The notes under the pieces: model-generated
The model's database searches: none
Seen by the model: the letters and a program-made list of their open reading frames with translations, nothing else
What the model was told of the DNA's origin: nothing
Position numbers and translations under genes: made by a program
Virus record (IMG/VR): IMGVR_UViG_3300035645_000269
Source: a virus
Direction: 5' to 3' (one strand)
Length of the DNA stretch: 64,000 nucleotides
In this document: in pieces, positions 41,152 to 52,854 of the stretch
Position numbering within the stretch: the stretch's first letter is position 1
Layout of the letters: the number at the start of each line of letters is the position of its first letter

Positions 41152-42423
41152 TTGATTATGATTGAATTACAAGGAAAATTCGGCAAAGATTGTAAAATAT
41201 TTACAAATGCAATAGAAAATGAAGCTATTGGAACGATACAAAACATTTTGAACAATCCGGTTACGACTGGTGTTCCGGTTCGTATTATGCCTGATACCCA
41301 TCAGGGAGTAGATATAGTGATTGGATTCACCATGCCAGTTACAGATCGTGTCAACCCCAATCATATCGGAGTGGATATTGGTTGTGGAATGTTGTGTGTA
41401 GAAATTGAAAATGCAATAACAGAAGAGTCTTTCCCGGACATTAATCATGCAATCCGTTCCATCATACCTATGGGATTTGAGATTAACCAACAACCCTTAT
41501 CCAAACAAGAAAAGGAAGATTTGTTTACCTTCTTATCTATCAGAATGGATCAGTTCTGCTCTAAATACCAACTAACCAAACCAGTTATTAATGAAGAATA
41601 TGTATCACAACTTTGTAAGAAGGTGGGGATAAATGAAGGCACATTCTACAACTCTTTAGGTACATTGGGAGGTGGAAACCACTTTATAGAACTGGGGCGT
41701 GCCGAGTCAACCAATAATATATTTCTTACAATACATACCGGATCGCGCAACTTTGGTGTGAAGGTCTGTAAATACCATGCAGAAATAGCAAAATTTGATA
41801 AAAAGGCTTTTTCTAATGAAATTCAACGCTTGAAGTCCACTGTTGAGCCACAATTCATGCAAACTGAAATACTACGTTTGAAGGAAAAATTTGCCGAATA
41901 TTCCGGGTATCTCACAAATGAAGCAATGCTCCACTATTTATGTGACATGGTGATCGCACAAGGATATGCCGCATTCAACCGCAAGTTGATTATACAGCGT
42001 ATAATCAGAACTTTGAGCTGGAACGCTACAATATCCGTTGAGACAGTCCATAACTATATCAGCTTTGATGATATGATAATCCGTAAAGGGGCTATTGCCG
42101 CATACGCCAATGATTACGTTGTGATTCCTATGAATATGGCAGACGGTATTCTTCTTTGTCGTGGTAAGGGAAACAAAGACTGGAACTATTCTGCACCACA
42201 TGGTGCAGGACGCTTATACTCCCGTTCCGAAGCTAAAGAAAGATTATCAATGGACGCATTCAAAACCCAAATGAGCAAAGTGTATTCCACTTCCGTATGT
42301 GAAGGGACATTGGATGAAAGTCCTATGGCATACAAAAATGTTCAGGAAATAAAAGAGCTTATAGAACCTACGGTAGAAATTATTGATACAATTGTGCCAC
42401 TAATCAATATCAAAGCTGTATGA
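41152..42423 (+). CDS. rtcB: RtcB-family RNA ligase
   Basis: GGGNHFIELG, HTGSRNFG and SAPHGAGR match RtcB catalytic blocks. Confidence 0.8.
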   Translation: MIMIELQGKFGKDCKIFTNAIENEAIGTIQNILNNPVTTGVPVRIMPDTHQGVDIVIGFTMPVTDRVNPNHIGVDIGCGMLCVEIENAITEESFPDINHAIRSIIPMGFEINQQPLSKQEKEDLFTFLSIRMDQFCSKYQLTKPVINEEYVSQLCKKVGINEGTFYNSLGTLGGGNHFIELGRAESTNNIFLTIHTGSRNFGVKVCKYHAEIAKFDKKAFSNEIQRLKSTVEPQFMQTEILRLKEKFAEYSGYLTNEAMLHYLCDMVIAQGYAAFNRKLIIQRIIRTLSWNATISVETVHNYISFDDMIIRKGAIAAYANDYVVIPMNMADGILLCRGKGNKDWNYSAPHGAGRLYSRSEAKERLSMDAFKTQMSKVYSTSVCEGTLDESPMAYKNVQEIKELIEPTVEIIDTIVPLINIKAV

Positions 42424-43719
42424 TAGAAAAGACAGACTTCCCATATACTCTTGGCGGCTATGTTGAACAGCAAAATTATAAAGGTTTCGACATAGCCGTT
42501 TCCATTCGTAGATACAAAGGAATATCAGCTTATGTCATTTCCTCGGAGAAAAGGCTGATCCGTGAAGAATCTGCCACCTTTGCCGACAAAGAAGACATGT
42601 TCCGTTGGGGACGAGAAGCGGTTGACCGATATTTGGAACAGCAAGAACGTAGAAAAGAAGAAAATACGATCAAACGGGCAGACTATTATAAGAAGAAAGC
42701 TCGTGTGGCAGCATTGAAAGCCTTTAATGCCGCTATGTATTTCTCTGATATAAAGGACGGACTTTATGATAAGGCAAAAGGATTTTTTGAGTATGAACTG
42801 GATAAGGAACATGGAAAGATCAAATGAAAACACTTGATATTATACAAGGCTTTTGCGATCATGTTTTTCGTGATAAAAAAGGAAACCGCATCTTTCCCAA
42901 TATTTTTGTCGGGAAATGGGAAGCTGACTTATTGGAAGTTACCCGGTCACGCCTGACTTATGAATATGAAGTAAAAGTAAGCAGATGTGATTTCCATAAG
43001 GATAAAAAGAAAAGTGATAAATATGGCAAGAACAAGTTTGATGTTGTCACTTCCGGCCAACGTACCAATTATTTTTATTATATAGTACCAAAAAGTTTGA
43101 TAAAGCCCGATGAAGTCCCTGATTTTGCCGGGCTTATTTATGCTTATGAAGGATCAGTGCAATGTTATTCTCTTGAAAAGGGAAGGTATGCGGTAAAGAG
43201 AATTTTCTTTGAGGTAGTCAAGCCTGCCCAAAAAGTTTCTGACATGAAAGCGGATGATAATTTCATTCGTAAACTCGACTTATCCATGTACTATCGCTAT
43301 CACCAAATGAGAAGAGATAATTACAAAAATAAGGAATAATATGGAATTAAGATTAGACCCTGAAATACCGGTCACACGGGTTGTCAACGGACATAATGTT
43401 TTCAATAAAGGCTATCACCACGGATTAAGAGGAAAAACCTATGAAGAATACTATGGCAAAGAGAGAGCTGTTGAAATAAGAAAAAGACACAGCGAGGCTT
43501 TGAAAGGACATAGATATTGGTCTAATGGAAACGCCCATGCCTTTGCGTGTATCGCAATCACTCCCGAAGGCAAATGGTATAGATTCGATTCAATAACCCA
43601 AGCCGCCCAAAAGCTAAATCTGAATTATGCCACAGTTCGCCGGTATATAAAACGAAAAATCAAGCCCCAAAATGGCTGGCAATGGTTTTTGGAGAAAGAT
43701 AATAACTGGATAAAACATA

Positions 43720-44019
43720 TTGATAATGGGAAAATTAAATGAGATCGCGCAGAAAGCTTATGAATGTGCCGTAAGACGTGGAAAGATTGATCCCGACAAT
43801 GATAGCAACAACAATCTTCACCGCGATCTGCTTGAAGAAGTTGCCGAAGTCTTTGAGTGTACGGGTGAGAAATCTCCACATATTAAAGAGTATTTAGATG
43901 TAGAAGAAGAACTGGCAGATGTAATCATTGTTGCCCTAAGTACACTACATCATTTCAAATGTGACATTGATTCACTCATTGAAGCCAAAATGAATTATAA
44001 TAAAAACAGAATGGATTGA
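43720..44019 (+). CDS. MazG-like nucleotide pyrophosphohydrolase (small phage type)
   Basis: DLLEEVAEVFE and VEEELADVIIVAL, acidic EExxE-type helices. Confidence 0.45.
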   Translation: MIMGKLNEIAQKAYECAVRRGKIDPDNDSNNNLHRDLLEEVAEVFECTGEKSPHIKEYLDVEEELADVIIVALSTLHHFKCDIDSLIEAKMNYNKNRMD

Positions 44020-44961
44020 TATAGGAACCGGACAATTAATAAAGTTGATTGTTGAGACGTTTGTCCTTATCTTTGCACTACCATGTGTCTATAAAGATTT
44101 CATGAACTTATGGAAAGAAAAATAGGTGATATAAAAGACAAGAAGTTAAAAGCTGAAAATATCACACTGGCAGCAATATATAACATATTGTTCACCAATG
44201 ACATAGTTTGTTCCTTAATTGTAGAAATGTTAAGTGAATTACGTAAATCAAGGCTTTGTCGTTTCCGCGTAAAGCAGCAAGGAAATAAACTGGAACAGTT
44301 GATGCTTCAATATGAAAAGAAAATCAATAAAATAGCTGGACACCGGGCTTTTTTCATGGCTGATGCTAACCAGTATATTGCAGATGAAGTACAACCTGAT
44401 CTGCTTAAAATGGAATACTCCATTAAACTGGAATTTGACAAATGCCGGATTGAAAACAGTGCCTTACTTGCCAAAGTAGAACTTACAAGATGTATGGCAG
44501 AGCTTGCTTGTCTATCCCTTGACAAACGGATAGAAGAAGTCCGTCCATACAACAAAGAAGTAACCGGAATAACATATCTCCGGCTCACTGACACACTTAA
44601 AGTATTGGACGAACTTTCTGATATTTTATATAAGGGAGGGTATTGTGACCTCAATCAAAGTGATAATTGCAAAAGGGGGATGGCTATCATACAACGAAAA
44701 CTTACTGATTGTGATATTATCAGCCGCGCAATCAATGAGTCAGACAAGTTAAATCCGGCTGGGGATGATGAATAAAAATGGCAAAATATCGTATAGGAAT
44801 ATCCGAGAATCTATTAGGAGACAAACGCTATCAGTGTCAGATTAAAAGATTTGGCATTTGGTGGAATGATGAAAGTTTCAGCACTAAAGAAAGAATGTTA
44901 GATTATGCCCGTAAACTTGAAAAGGCCGGGCATATAGTGTTTAACTATTTATAAGCGAACA

Positions 44962-45363
44962 ATGAAATTAGAAGGAAAAATTATTGTGGCACAACCGATA
45001 CAATCGGGTGTCTCAAAAAATGGTAACAACTGGCAAAGACAAGATTTCGTTTTGGAAATTCCCGGCCAATACCCTAAAAAAGTCGCTTTTTCAGTAATGA
45101 ATAGCAATATTCAGAATTTTGGATTAGCAGTCGGGCAAGACGTTGATATTGAAATAGATATTAATGCGAATGAATGGCAAGGAAAATGGTTTAACTCCAT
45201 TACTTGCTGGAAAGCAACACTCCGTAATCCAGGACAGCCTACCGCAGCGCAACAGCCCCAAACTTATTATCAGGGGGCATCATCCACCGCGGCACCCGTA
45301 CAAACTGCCATACCTCAACCGCCAGTGGATTTTGGGGAACAAAAAGACGATTTGCCTTTCTAA
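44962..45363 (+). CDS. DUF3127-like OB-fold protein
   Basis: 133 aa, NGNNWQRQDFVLEIP, Gln/Pro-rich tail. Confidence 0.35.
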   Translation: MKLEGKIIVAQPIQSGVSKNGNNWQRQDFVLEIPGQYPKKVAFSVMNSNIQNFGLAVGQDVDIEIDINANEWQGKWFNSITCWKATLRNPGQPTAAQQPQTYYQGASSTAAPVQTAIPQPPVDFGEQKDDLPF

Positions 45364-45369
45364 AGAAAA

Positions 45370-45400
45370 AGGAGAAGGGAGCATTTCGGCTCCCTTCTTA
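45370..45400. terminator. bidirectional terminator at the junction of convergent modules
   Basis: gaagggagcatttcggctcccttc inverted repeat between the stops of 44962..45363 (+) and 45405..45968 (-). Confidence 0.5.
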
Positions 45401-46700
45401 TTAATTAATGTTCCACCTTTACAATTTCATTATAAACGATTTTGCTTCGTGGGTTATGATTGACTATCGTTTGTTTATACCCCTTTGTCCCCCATCTCCA
45501 CCATAGGAACCTGTGTTTATATATCCGGCTTATCGCACTTGAAAGACTGTCTCTCACTTCATAAGTAAATGTGCTGTCAGGAATATTTGCATAAAAATCC
45601 ACCCATTTATCTGAATAATTGAAACAGCTGTCTTTCAGAACAAATACAATACTGTCTTTAGTGACAACTTTTGTGGTTGTGATATATTCGACTTCTTTTG
45701 GACGCAGATTCAATTCTTTTATTAGTTTTGCATCCGCACTCCGCAGCTCTTTCAATTCTTCTATGTTAAGCCGTAAAACATGGTTTTCAACCACATTTAG
45801 ACTATCCCTAATCTTATATTCTTCAAGCCCAGTACAGAGACTTTTCATATTATCTGAAAGTCGGGCACTTTCCTTCTTCTCTTCCTGCCACAACCGGTAC
45901 ATCAAAAAGGTTGCCGCAAGGAGTAACACAAAGATTACTCCTATACCTATCTTCAATCTCATAATCAATCTGTATATACATTTTTACCAACTTCCGCAAT
46001 AACTACCCATGCACCATTACAGAAACCATATATCTTACCGTCATTCTCCGGCATTTCAGGTATTGTATTAAGTTTTGTTTCATTGGCAGTGGCTTTGCTA
46101 AGAGCTGTTTGAGCTGTACTTTTTGCAGCATCAGCCGTTGTTTGTGCGGTCACGGCCTTTCCATCAGTAACAGCCAACATTCCAGTCAGAGTTTTTTCAT
46201 TGGTTACTCCTGCAAGGAAGGTTTCAATTTCATTGAAGGTGTCAATGGCCGTAGTCGCATCAACAGTACCAACCAATTCATCCAAAGCGGTCTTCACCGC
46301 ATTTATGGACTGTTCCAGTTGGGACTCTGCCAGTTGAGCACGTCCGCTTTCTGCTAAAATATCCGATTTGCTCGCACTGCTGCTACCATCAGAACTTTCC
46401 AAAAATGAAGATGAAATAGGAAGTTCATTACATCCTACCATAACATATTGTCCGGCTATCAACCCGTCGACATTCATATCACAGAACTCTCCAACCCCAA
46501 GTGCTGTTTTGTAAGGTACATAATCCTTTCCATTAGAACTTTTGTACACAACAACTCTGTTGTTTGCTGCATCTCCAAAATTGATGCTAATAGCAAATTT
46601 CCCAGTAGATAACTGTATAGGTTGGCTTTCGTACCAATCCTCTTCTTTAAGAGTAAAATTCAAGTTTGCCATATCTTCTATGTGTTTATATGTTTGTTTC

Positions 46701-47147
46701 CTATATCAACTCCCAACCTTTCCTTACCTCATCCATGTTTGCAGGAACACCATTCTCAACATAACTCATTGCAGCCACCACCGCAATAAGTTGTTCCCGG
46801 TTGTTTCTGTTCAGAATTGTATGACGAGATATGCCTGAACGCTTTTCGACTGTGGTAATATACACTTCAGTATTGTTCTCACATGGCGGTGCCCATCGCA
46901 TAATAACATCTTCAAGTTCATTGGCCGTGCCGTCTTTGTCAGTATCATACTTATTAAGAATATAAGTTTGAAGAGTTTTAAAAGCAGCACGATAACCGTA
47001 TGCCATAGTTTTAAACTGAAAGAAACTTTTATCTGTCTGTGTTGCAGACAACCCCTGCCATTTCGTATTATTTCTCCGTATATTTAACGGATTATTATTC
47101 CGTAGTCCCCGTGTCATTTTTATCCTCCTTTTCTTTTTGTGTTTCAA
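46701..47147 (-). CDS. lysin-like protein (NNPLNIR motif)
   Basis: RGLRNNNPLNIRRNNTKWQGL. Adjacent to the holin paralogue. Confidence 0.35.
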   Translation of the reverse strand: MKHKKKRRIKMTRGLRNNNPLNIRRNNTKWQGLSATQTDKSFFQFKTMAYGYRAAFKTLQTYILNKYDTDKDGTANELEDVIMRWAPPCENNTEVYITTVEKRSGISRHTILNRNNREQLIAVVAAMSYVENGVPANMDEVRKGWELI

Positions 47148-47562
47148 ACAATATTTGTGCGGCCAGTCGTGCTATATCGTCCTTATTCTCAATGATTATA
47201 CTCATGGTCTTTTCCGCTTTCCGAAGCTCGGCCTTTTCCCATGATTTCTCACGTACCGATTTGAACTCACAGAAAACGCAATAAACCGCCCATAACATAG
47301 CGAATACTGGAAATGGAATGACGATGCAACATATAAGGTCAATCATAACCAGTGTCAGAAACGGATTAAAATATTTCTTCGCTTTTGTCGCTGTCATTTT
47401 GTACTTCTTCGAGGTACGAAGTTCCCCACGCTGTTTGGCCTTCTGAATCCCCGAAATAAAATCTATCCCCATTGCGATTATGATAGCTGTCATACTTACC
47501 GCTATCAAAACCAAATGTAAAAACAAATGGTCGTGAATGAATGTTTCAATAATGTCGTTCAT
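47095..47562 (-). CDS. holin-like membrane protein (paralogue of 21561..22031)
   Basis: TM helices and a shared KxxGELRxxKYxxT...VREK block with the other holin. Confidence 0.45.
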   Translation of the reverse strand: MNDIIETFIHDHLFLHLVLIAVSMTAIIIAMGIDFISGIQKAKQRGELRTSKKYKMTATKAKKYFNPFLTLVMIDLICCIVIPFPVFAMLWAVYCVFCEFKSVREKSWEKAELRKAEKTMSIIIENKDDIARLAAQILFETQKEKEDKNDTGTTE

Positions 47563-47855
47563 ATCCTTTTGTGTTTGCGTTTATTATTTTTATTCCAATA
47601 GTAATTTGTTGATAGCATCAATAAAGGCTGGGGAACATAAACTTGCGTATTCCTTAATCATATTACACTCTTCATCGTTATACTCAATTTCTCCATTGGA
47701 GTTGAATATTTTAAATGCGAGGGCATGAGCCTCTATTCCCCTGCCAAGTTGATAAATGATATTGGCAAAATCCTTCTTGTAGTTCTCAACGGAACATCTC
47801 GTCTTATCAATATCAACAAATATCTCAATTCTTTCAAAATTTATCCTTTTCATAA

Positions 47856-49031
47856 TCACTTCCAATCATTATCATTTGAAGCACCGAACATCAGTCCTCT
47901 TCCCAACCTGTCAGAGTTCGGTGACGGATACATAAAATCCACCAACTGCATACAATGGTGCATGGAACCGCCATTCAATGTTTGCTTTGTTCCATTCGCA
48001 TATATCTGAACATTATTATAATTGTCATTTGCATTAACCACGAATATCCTTTGGGTGACGGCAAGACTCAAAAGATAACGGTAGGTTACATTCGATGTTA
48101 TTCTAAATATAACCGTATCAACTGGAAAACCCGAAGTTTCACCGTTATAATCGTATCTTGGCGAATAGCAAGGAACTGTATAATAAGTTTCGTTAGCAGA
48201 GGAAGTCCCGGAAGTCAAAGGTATATAAGTACCGGTTTTATCAGCACCTTTTGTGTACACATAGGCATAGGAGCCGTAAACTACCATAATGCTTCTTTCC
48301 CTTGCGCCAAACACGCCTCTACACCATAAGTCAGAAGTGCAGAAACGTAATGACCGGTTATCCTTAGTACCTTGATGATACATATCACCATCAAACCACA
48401 TTCTTCCATCACTTCCAAAGCTGATTCCTCCAACCGCATCACCAGCAGCATTCACGCAATTCAACCTTGTAAAAGAGCCTGATACACCTTTCAATGTACC
48501 TTCAAAAGTGCTGTCACCTGAAATAACCGCACCAGCCGCATAGAGTTTCCCTGCTATACTCACCTTATATGGCGCATCAGTCGGTGTTGTAGCTCCAACC
48601 CATAACGGATAGTCACCACCAACAAGACCTGCTGCAACCGTTTTATTATCGCCCTTCATTATCAAAAGCTGATTACCCTGCATGAACCGTAGAATAGCAT
48701 TTTGAGCCATGATAAGCGGAGTGTACACTGGCACCAAAGAATTAAACTTCTGCCAATAAGTTGTATTTGTCACCGGAATGGAATCACTGGACGTATGAGT
48801 TTTCAGACATTTATACGCATTAAACGTATTAGCACCGGTAGTCACAATTGCAATATCCAAGTACCGGGTACCGGAAGTCAAAGCCTCGTCATTGCGATAC
48901 TCTATGCCTTTAGCCCATTCGGATTGCCGGAGAATACAGCCTTGCAGCCCGTTTTTCCCCGGTTCCCCATTAGTACCGTCAATTCCATTTTTGGCCTTTC
49001 TTCGTATTAATATATGCCCTTGCGCCTCCAT
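47856..49031 (-). CDS. tail fiber protein with collagen-like N-terminal repeat
   Basis: NGIDGTNGEPGKNGLQG (G-x-x repeats), Gly/Ser/Thr-rich remainder. Confidence 0.45.
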   Translation of the reverse strand: MEAQGHILIRRKAKNGIDGTNGEPGKNGLQGCILRQSEWAKGIEYRNDEALTSGTRYLDIAIVTTGANTFNAYKCLKTHTSSDSIPVTNTTYWQKFNSLVPVYTPLIMAQNAILRFMQGNQLLIMKGDNKTVAAGLVGGDYPLWVGATTPTDAPYKVSIAGKLYAAGAVISGDSTFEGTLKGVSGSFTRLNCVNAAGDAVGGISFGSDGRMWFDGDMYHQGTKDNRSLRFCTSDLWCRGVFGARERSIMVVYGSYAYVYTKGADKTGTYIPLTSGTSSANETYYTVPCYSPRYDYNGETSGFPVDTVIFRITSNVTYRYLLSLAVTQRIFVVNANDNYNNVQIYANGTKQTLNGGSMHHCMQLVDFMYPSPNSDRLGRGLMFGASNDNDWK

Positions 49032-49454
49032 ACCGGATTACTTCAATTTTGCTAATACTTCTTTTGCGATCTCCTTAGCCTTGATACGATAACTCTGATA
49101 ATCAGTGTATTCTTTCAGATATTCGGCACGCTTACCTTCGTCAAGTTCCGAAGCCATATCACGTGCCATTTCCAAGTTGGCGAAAATGGCATCACGTTTA
49201 TTCGCATCATAACGTTCCATGATAATGGCACTTACAATACTGTCATAATCATGTTCCCCTTCAACATCCACGTTTTCACAGACATACTGGTCTTCAACCA
49301 CCACATCTTCCGAACCGGCCTTTTGAACAGCTTCTCTTCTCTCAAAGTCGAAGTAAATGCGTAGCAACGCACCTTCAACTACAAATTCAATACCAGTCGG
49401 CAGTTCTCCTACAAGAGTTCCATAACTTTTCATAAATTACCTCCATTTTTATAA

Positions 49455-50998
49455 TTATTCTTCAAAATAATAAGCACTCTTCCCGTCACCTAACGAACGC
49501 CGCTTGACAATCACATTTTCCACTGGAAAAATCTTCTGACCGTTATTCTCCGCTTCGCGAGCCTGATCCAACACATCTTTCAGATTGTAACAGTTCGTTA
49601 TGAATTTGCTACGTTGTCCGTTCTGTTCAAAAAGAACACAATATCTACCTTCACCTTGCTTTGTCTTCACATTCGTTTCAAAGTCCACCACTGTTATAGG
49701 GACATTGAGAATATCCATCAATCTTGTCTCTTTTACATCGAAGAACTTCTTTCCGTCCTTTGTTCTACCACTCTGTTTGATACCTTTATCTGCAAAACTC
49801 ATATCATTATTTGTTATTGTTCTCCATAAATTCTTACAATCTCCCCACTTACACCAGCCCCAGTATGAAGCTCGTATCTCGCGGTTACGTTTCCGGCTTT
49901 TTATTCGTTTCACCTTTCGGGCAAAGTTCTTTTTCATATTTTTACGCATCCGAACATTATCTTTCGTGAAGCAATAGCCCAAAAAGTTAATCCTTCTTCC
50001 TCTTACTACGTTTTCGCTTTCTATGCTTTTTGTTCCCATTTTTTGTTTCTGTTCCTATCGGAGCAATACAACTGTTTGCTTTAACTACCAACCCAACTTT
50101 TGCACTTTCCCGTTCATACGCACGAATAAGAAACAACGCTTCGGCCTTAGAACGAGCCAGCATAACATTATCATCGCAATATCTATGCAGGCATTTGACA
50201 CGATATTTCTCCTTCATTGTATGATCTATCCGGCTTGCCGCAAAATTCCCGATAGGTTGGCTTGTAAATGCTCCAATCGGAACACCTCTTCTTCCGTTCA
50301 ACTTCATTCTCCAATACGTCAACTAACTCTGTTCCGCTGTCATACGATAAAACAGCTATCTCGATCAATTTAATAAATCGTTCATCTTTGAATTTCCTTC
50401 TCAATGCAGCAACAATAAGCTCATGAAGAATACTTTGATAGAACTTTTTGAAATCAGTCTTTACGAACCATTTGTATTCCGGGTACCGGTGAAGAAAACG
50501 TTTCATTCTCCTTACTCCAAAATGTAATCCCTTTCCCTTGATACACGCACTTGTATCATAAATCAAATTTCTATAAACATCTTCTTCAATCACCCTCATA
50601 ATTGCATGGTGCAATATACGCCACGGGAAATATTTCTGTTTGACAATATCTCGAACCTTTCCTGCATCACTTTTTACTCTCATTACGCTATAATCCGGTG
50701 CCGGAAAATCCAATGTCAGGATCATCAACTGCAAAGCTCGGAGGTCTTCTTCCGGGTGTAGATTATGCCGCCTGATAAAGCGGTTTTTCTTAACCTTCCC
50801 ATCTTGTGCTTCTTTGTCCGCTTCACGTAAATTATTTATCTCTGCTATACGTTCAAGAATATACCCGGCTCTTTTAGATTTCTTTCCACCGTTTGCTTCT
50901 ATCCGTTTATTGTCAGCCTCTATCCTTTCCGCTATAATTCTATCAATTTCATTATGCGATAGACTCTTCCAATCAATATCACTTCTTCCAATATTCAC
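49455..50998 (-). pseudogene. second DGR reverse transcriptase, split across three overlapping frames
   Basis: 50183..50998 has FPWRILHHAIM and ACIKGKG. 49987..50322 has YCDDNVMLA (YxDD). 49455..50039 has INFLGYCF and SYWGWCKWGD. All are collinear with RT-1 motifs but in three frames. Confidence 0.6.
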
Positions 50999-51283
50999 TG
51001 CTGCTTTGTTTTAAAATTTACACCATACTTCCAATTTTGTCTTGTTCAGACTATTTTAATTATTCCGATAACTGCAAGCTGTTTTTACTTGCTTGAATAA
51101 TTCGCCCGGAGCTTTCGAGAACCAACCTACTAACACCGCTTGTTGCCTTTCGCAAATTGGGCAACCTTTCCGCATTCTTGATTTTCTGACATCGTAACCA
51201 ATTGATTACTACGTTGCAACGATATAAATCCTGCAAGGTCATGGCTCGGAGAACTCGCAGATTACTCTACGATAAATAAGTAT

Positions 51284-51391
51284 GGCGAGAGCCGATATTC
51301 GCATTCGAGTTCGACCAATCGTTATTCGAGTTCGCATAAGCGAGGCCGCAATTCGCACCGTTATTCGCATTACCGCCCCAAAGAACCAGCT
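51284..51391 (-). repeat. DGR-2 template repeat (TR2)
   Basis: Minus strand reads agctggttctttggggcggtaatgcgaataacggtgcgaattgcggcctcgcttatgcgaactcgaataacgattggtcgaactcgaatgcgaatatcggctctcgcc. About 75-80% identical to TR1 and adenine-rich. Confidence 0.75.
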
Positions 51392-51514
51392 CTTGTTCCC
51401 CTCTGCCAACCGTCCACGCCTTTCGGCTTTCGTCCCGTTATCCGTTGCCGTAAAACGAGAAGGTGGACGGGTTTTAATTAATTGAAATTCAAAGAACTAA
51501 TATTTCAAAATCTA

Positions 51515-52834
51515 TTATGCAGCCATCAAAGATGCACCGCTAACAAATGTTAAATTCCCAAAATACGCAAGGCGAGAGCCGATACCCGCATACGAGAGCG
51601 ACCAATCGTTAGACGAGGTCGCACAAGCGAGGCCGCAATTCGCACCGTCATACGCAAGACCGCCCCAAAGAACCAGCTGCCCAGTAGTGTTTGCCCATGA
51701 ATAATCAGCCCAATAAGAAGTGCTGTTTCCACCAATCTTTTTCGGGAAAATATCAAAATGCTCCCCAAGAATTATTTCCTGCACTTGACCGGAAGCTGTC
51801 TGACGGGTAGCTTGTCTGTATTCACCATTTGGATGCGCAGCTAATTCAGCAGTAGTCGGTAAACGGTTTCCTTTGTAAATGAAAATTTCCGTTCCACTTT
51901 GAGCACTATTGTTGGAACTACCGCAAAATACTCCTTGCAGAAATTCCCACTGCCACCCATAAGGATCTTCTATACCCATCATGTTCACCCGTGAACAATC
52001 CACTCCAGTATTACTTCCATTCACCACAGAAATAGCTATTTTGCCCCAATTGTCACCGAGACTCTTTGTTGCGCCAGTTTGCAATGCTGCCGCAGCAGCC
52101 CACAAGTCTTTACTGGAGCTACCACCCACACCATAACCAAGTTTGGCTTGAATATTGGTATCTCCGTACTGGGACAGCCCCAACATCATAATAAGCTTTC
52201 TCTGATCGTAATCGGTCAGTCCCCATTCCTTACCGTTCACTTGTGCAGCATTCCAAAATGCGTTGATTGTCTTGCTGCCTGCCGGTGCAACTCCTGAACG
52301 TGAAACAAGTGCGCTACCTGACATGGAGCCTTTGTATGCACCGATACAGTTATACATTCCACCATTTGCCCCACCAATAAACTCACCGCCAATAGGTAGC
52401 ATCGAGAGCCATAAGACTGGTACACCACTCACACTGTCAGTCTGTACACGATAATACAAACGTGGCCCTATCCACATCACATGCCCTTTGGTTTCATCCA
52501 CCGCAGTACCATCAGCAAACACCGCACTATTGGTAGGGGACATTTTAGCAGCCCTTCCATCATTCGTTACGAGATAACGGCCACAATACAACTTGTATTC
52601 TGTCCATGCGGCTGTATTACCTATCACACCATAGTTCGTGCTACTTTGGGTTGATTGTTTGATTGGAATCCCCCAAGCCACCTGCCTCAACATTTGTTCG
52701 TCACCATTATTAATAGCATTCATGAAGTTTTCCACGGTAATGCGTCTGACACTACCACCAACTTCCACCAATACTGTATTGGAACGCAGAATGGAGGTCA
52801 CCAATGTTTCATTTCCTAATCCTTTAGTTGCCAT
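51515..52834 (-). CDS. DGR-2 target protein with C-terminal VR
   Basis: 439 aa. C-terminus ...QLVLWGGLAYDGANCGLACATSSNDWSLSYAGIGSRLAY is encoded by VR3. Confidence 0.7.
   Translation of the reverse strand: MATKGLGNETLVTSILRSNTVLVEVGGSVRRITVENFMNAINNGDEQMLRQVAWGIPIKQSTQSSTNYGVIGNTAAWTEYKLYCGRYLVTNDGRAAKMSPTNSAVFADGTAVDETKGHVMWIGPRLYYRVQTDSVSGVPVLWLSMLPIGGEFIGGANGGMYNCIGAYKGSMSGSALVSRSGVAPAGSKTINAFWNAAQVNGKEWGLTDYDQRKLIMMLGLSQYGDTNIQAKLGYGVGGSSSKDLWAAAAALQTGATKSLGDNWGKIAISVVNGSNTGVDCSRVNMMGIEDPYGWQWEFLQGVFCGSSNNSAQSGTEIFIYKGNRLPTTAELAAHPNGEYRQATRQTASGQVQEIILGEHFDIFPKKIGGNSTSYWADYSWANTTGQLVLWGGLAYDGANCGLACATSSNDWSLSYAGIGSRLAYFGNLTFVSGASLMAA
51560..51667 (-). repeat. DGR-2 variable repeat (VR3)
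   Basis: Identical to TR2 over about 108 nt except about 12 positions, all at TR2 adenines (aat to ctt, gaataac to gtatgac, ttatgcgaactcgaataac to ttgtgcgacctcgtctaac, and so on). Confidence 0.8.
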
Positions 52835-52854
52835 AATATTATTTTGTTTTTATG

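Noticed and set aside
51282-51485. 67-aa + strand ORF
   Set aside because: It is the reverse-complement reading of TR2. The TR is non-coding template, so this is not a gene.
51550-51768. 72-aa minus-strand ORF
   Set aside because: An alternate-frame read-through of VR3 inside the genuine target gene 51515..52834.
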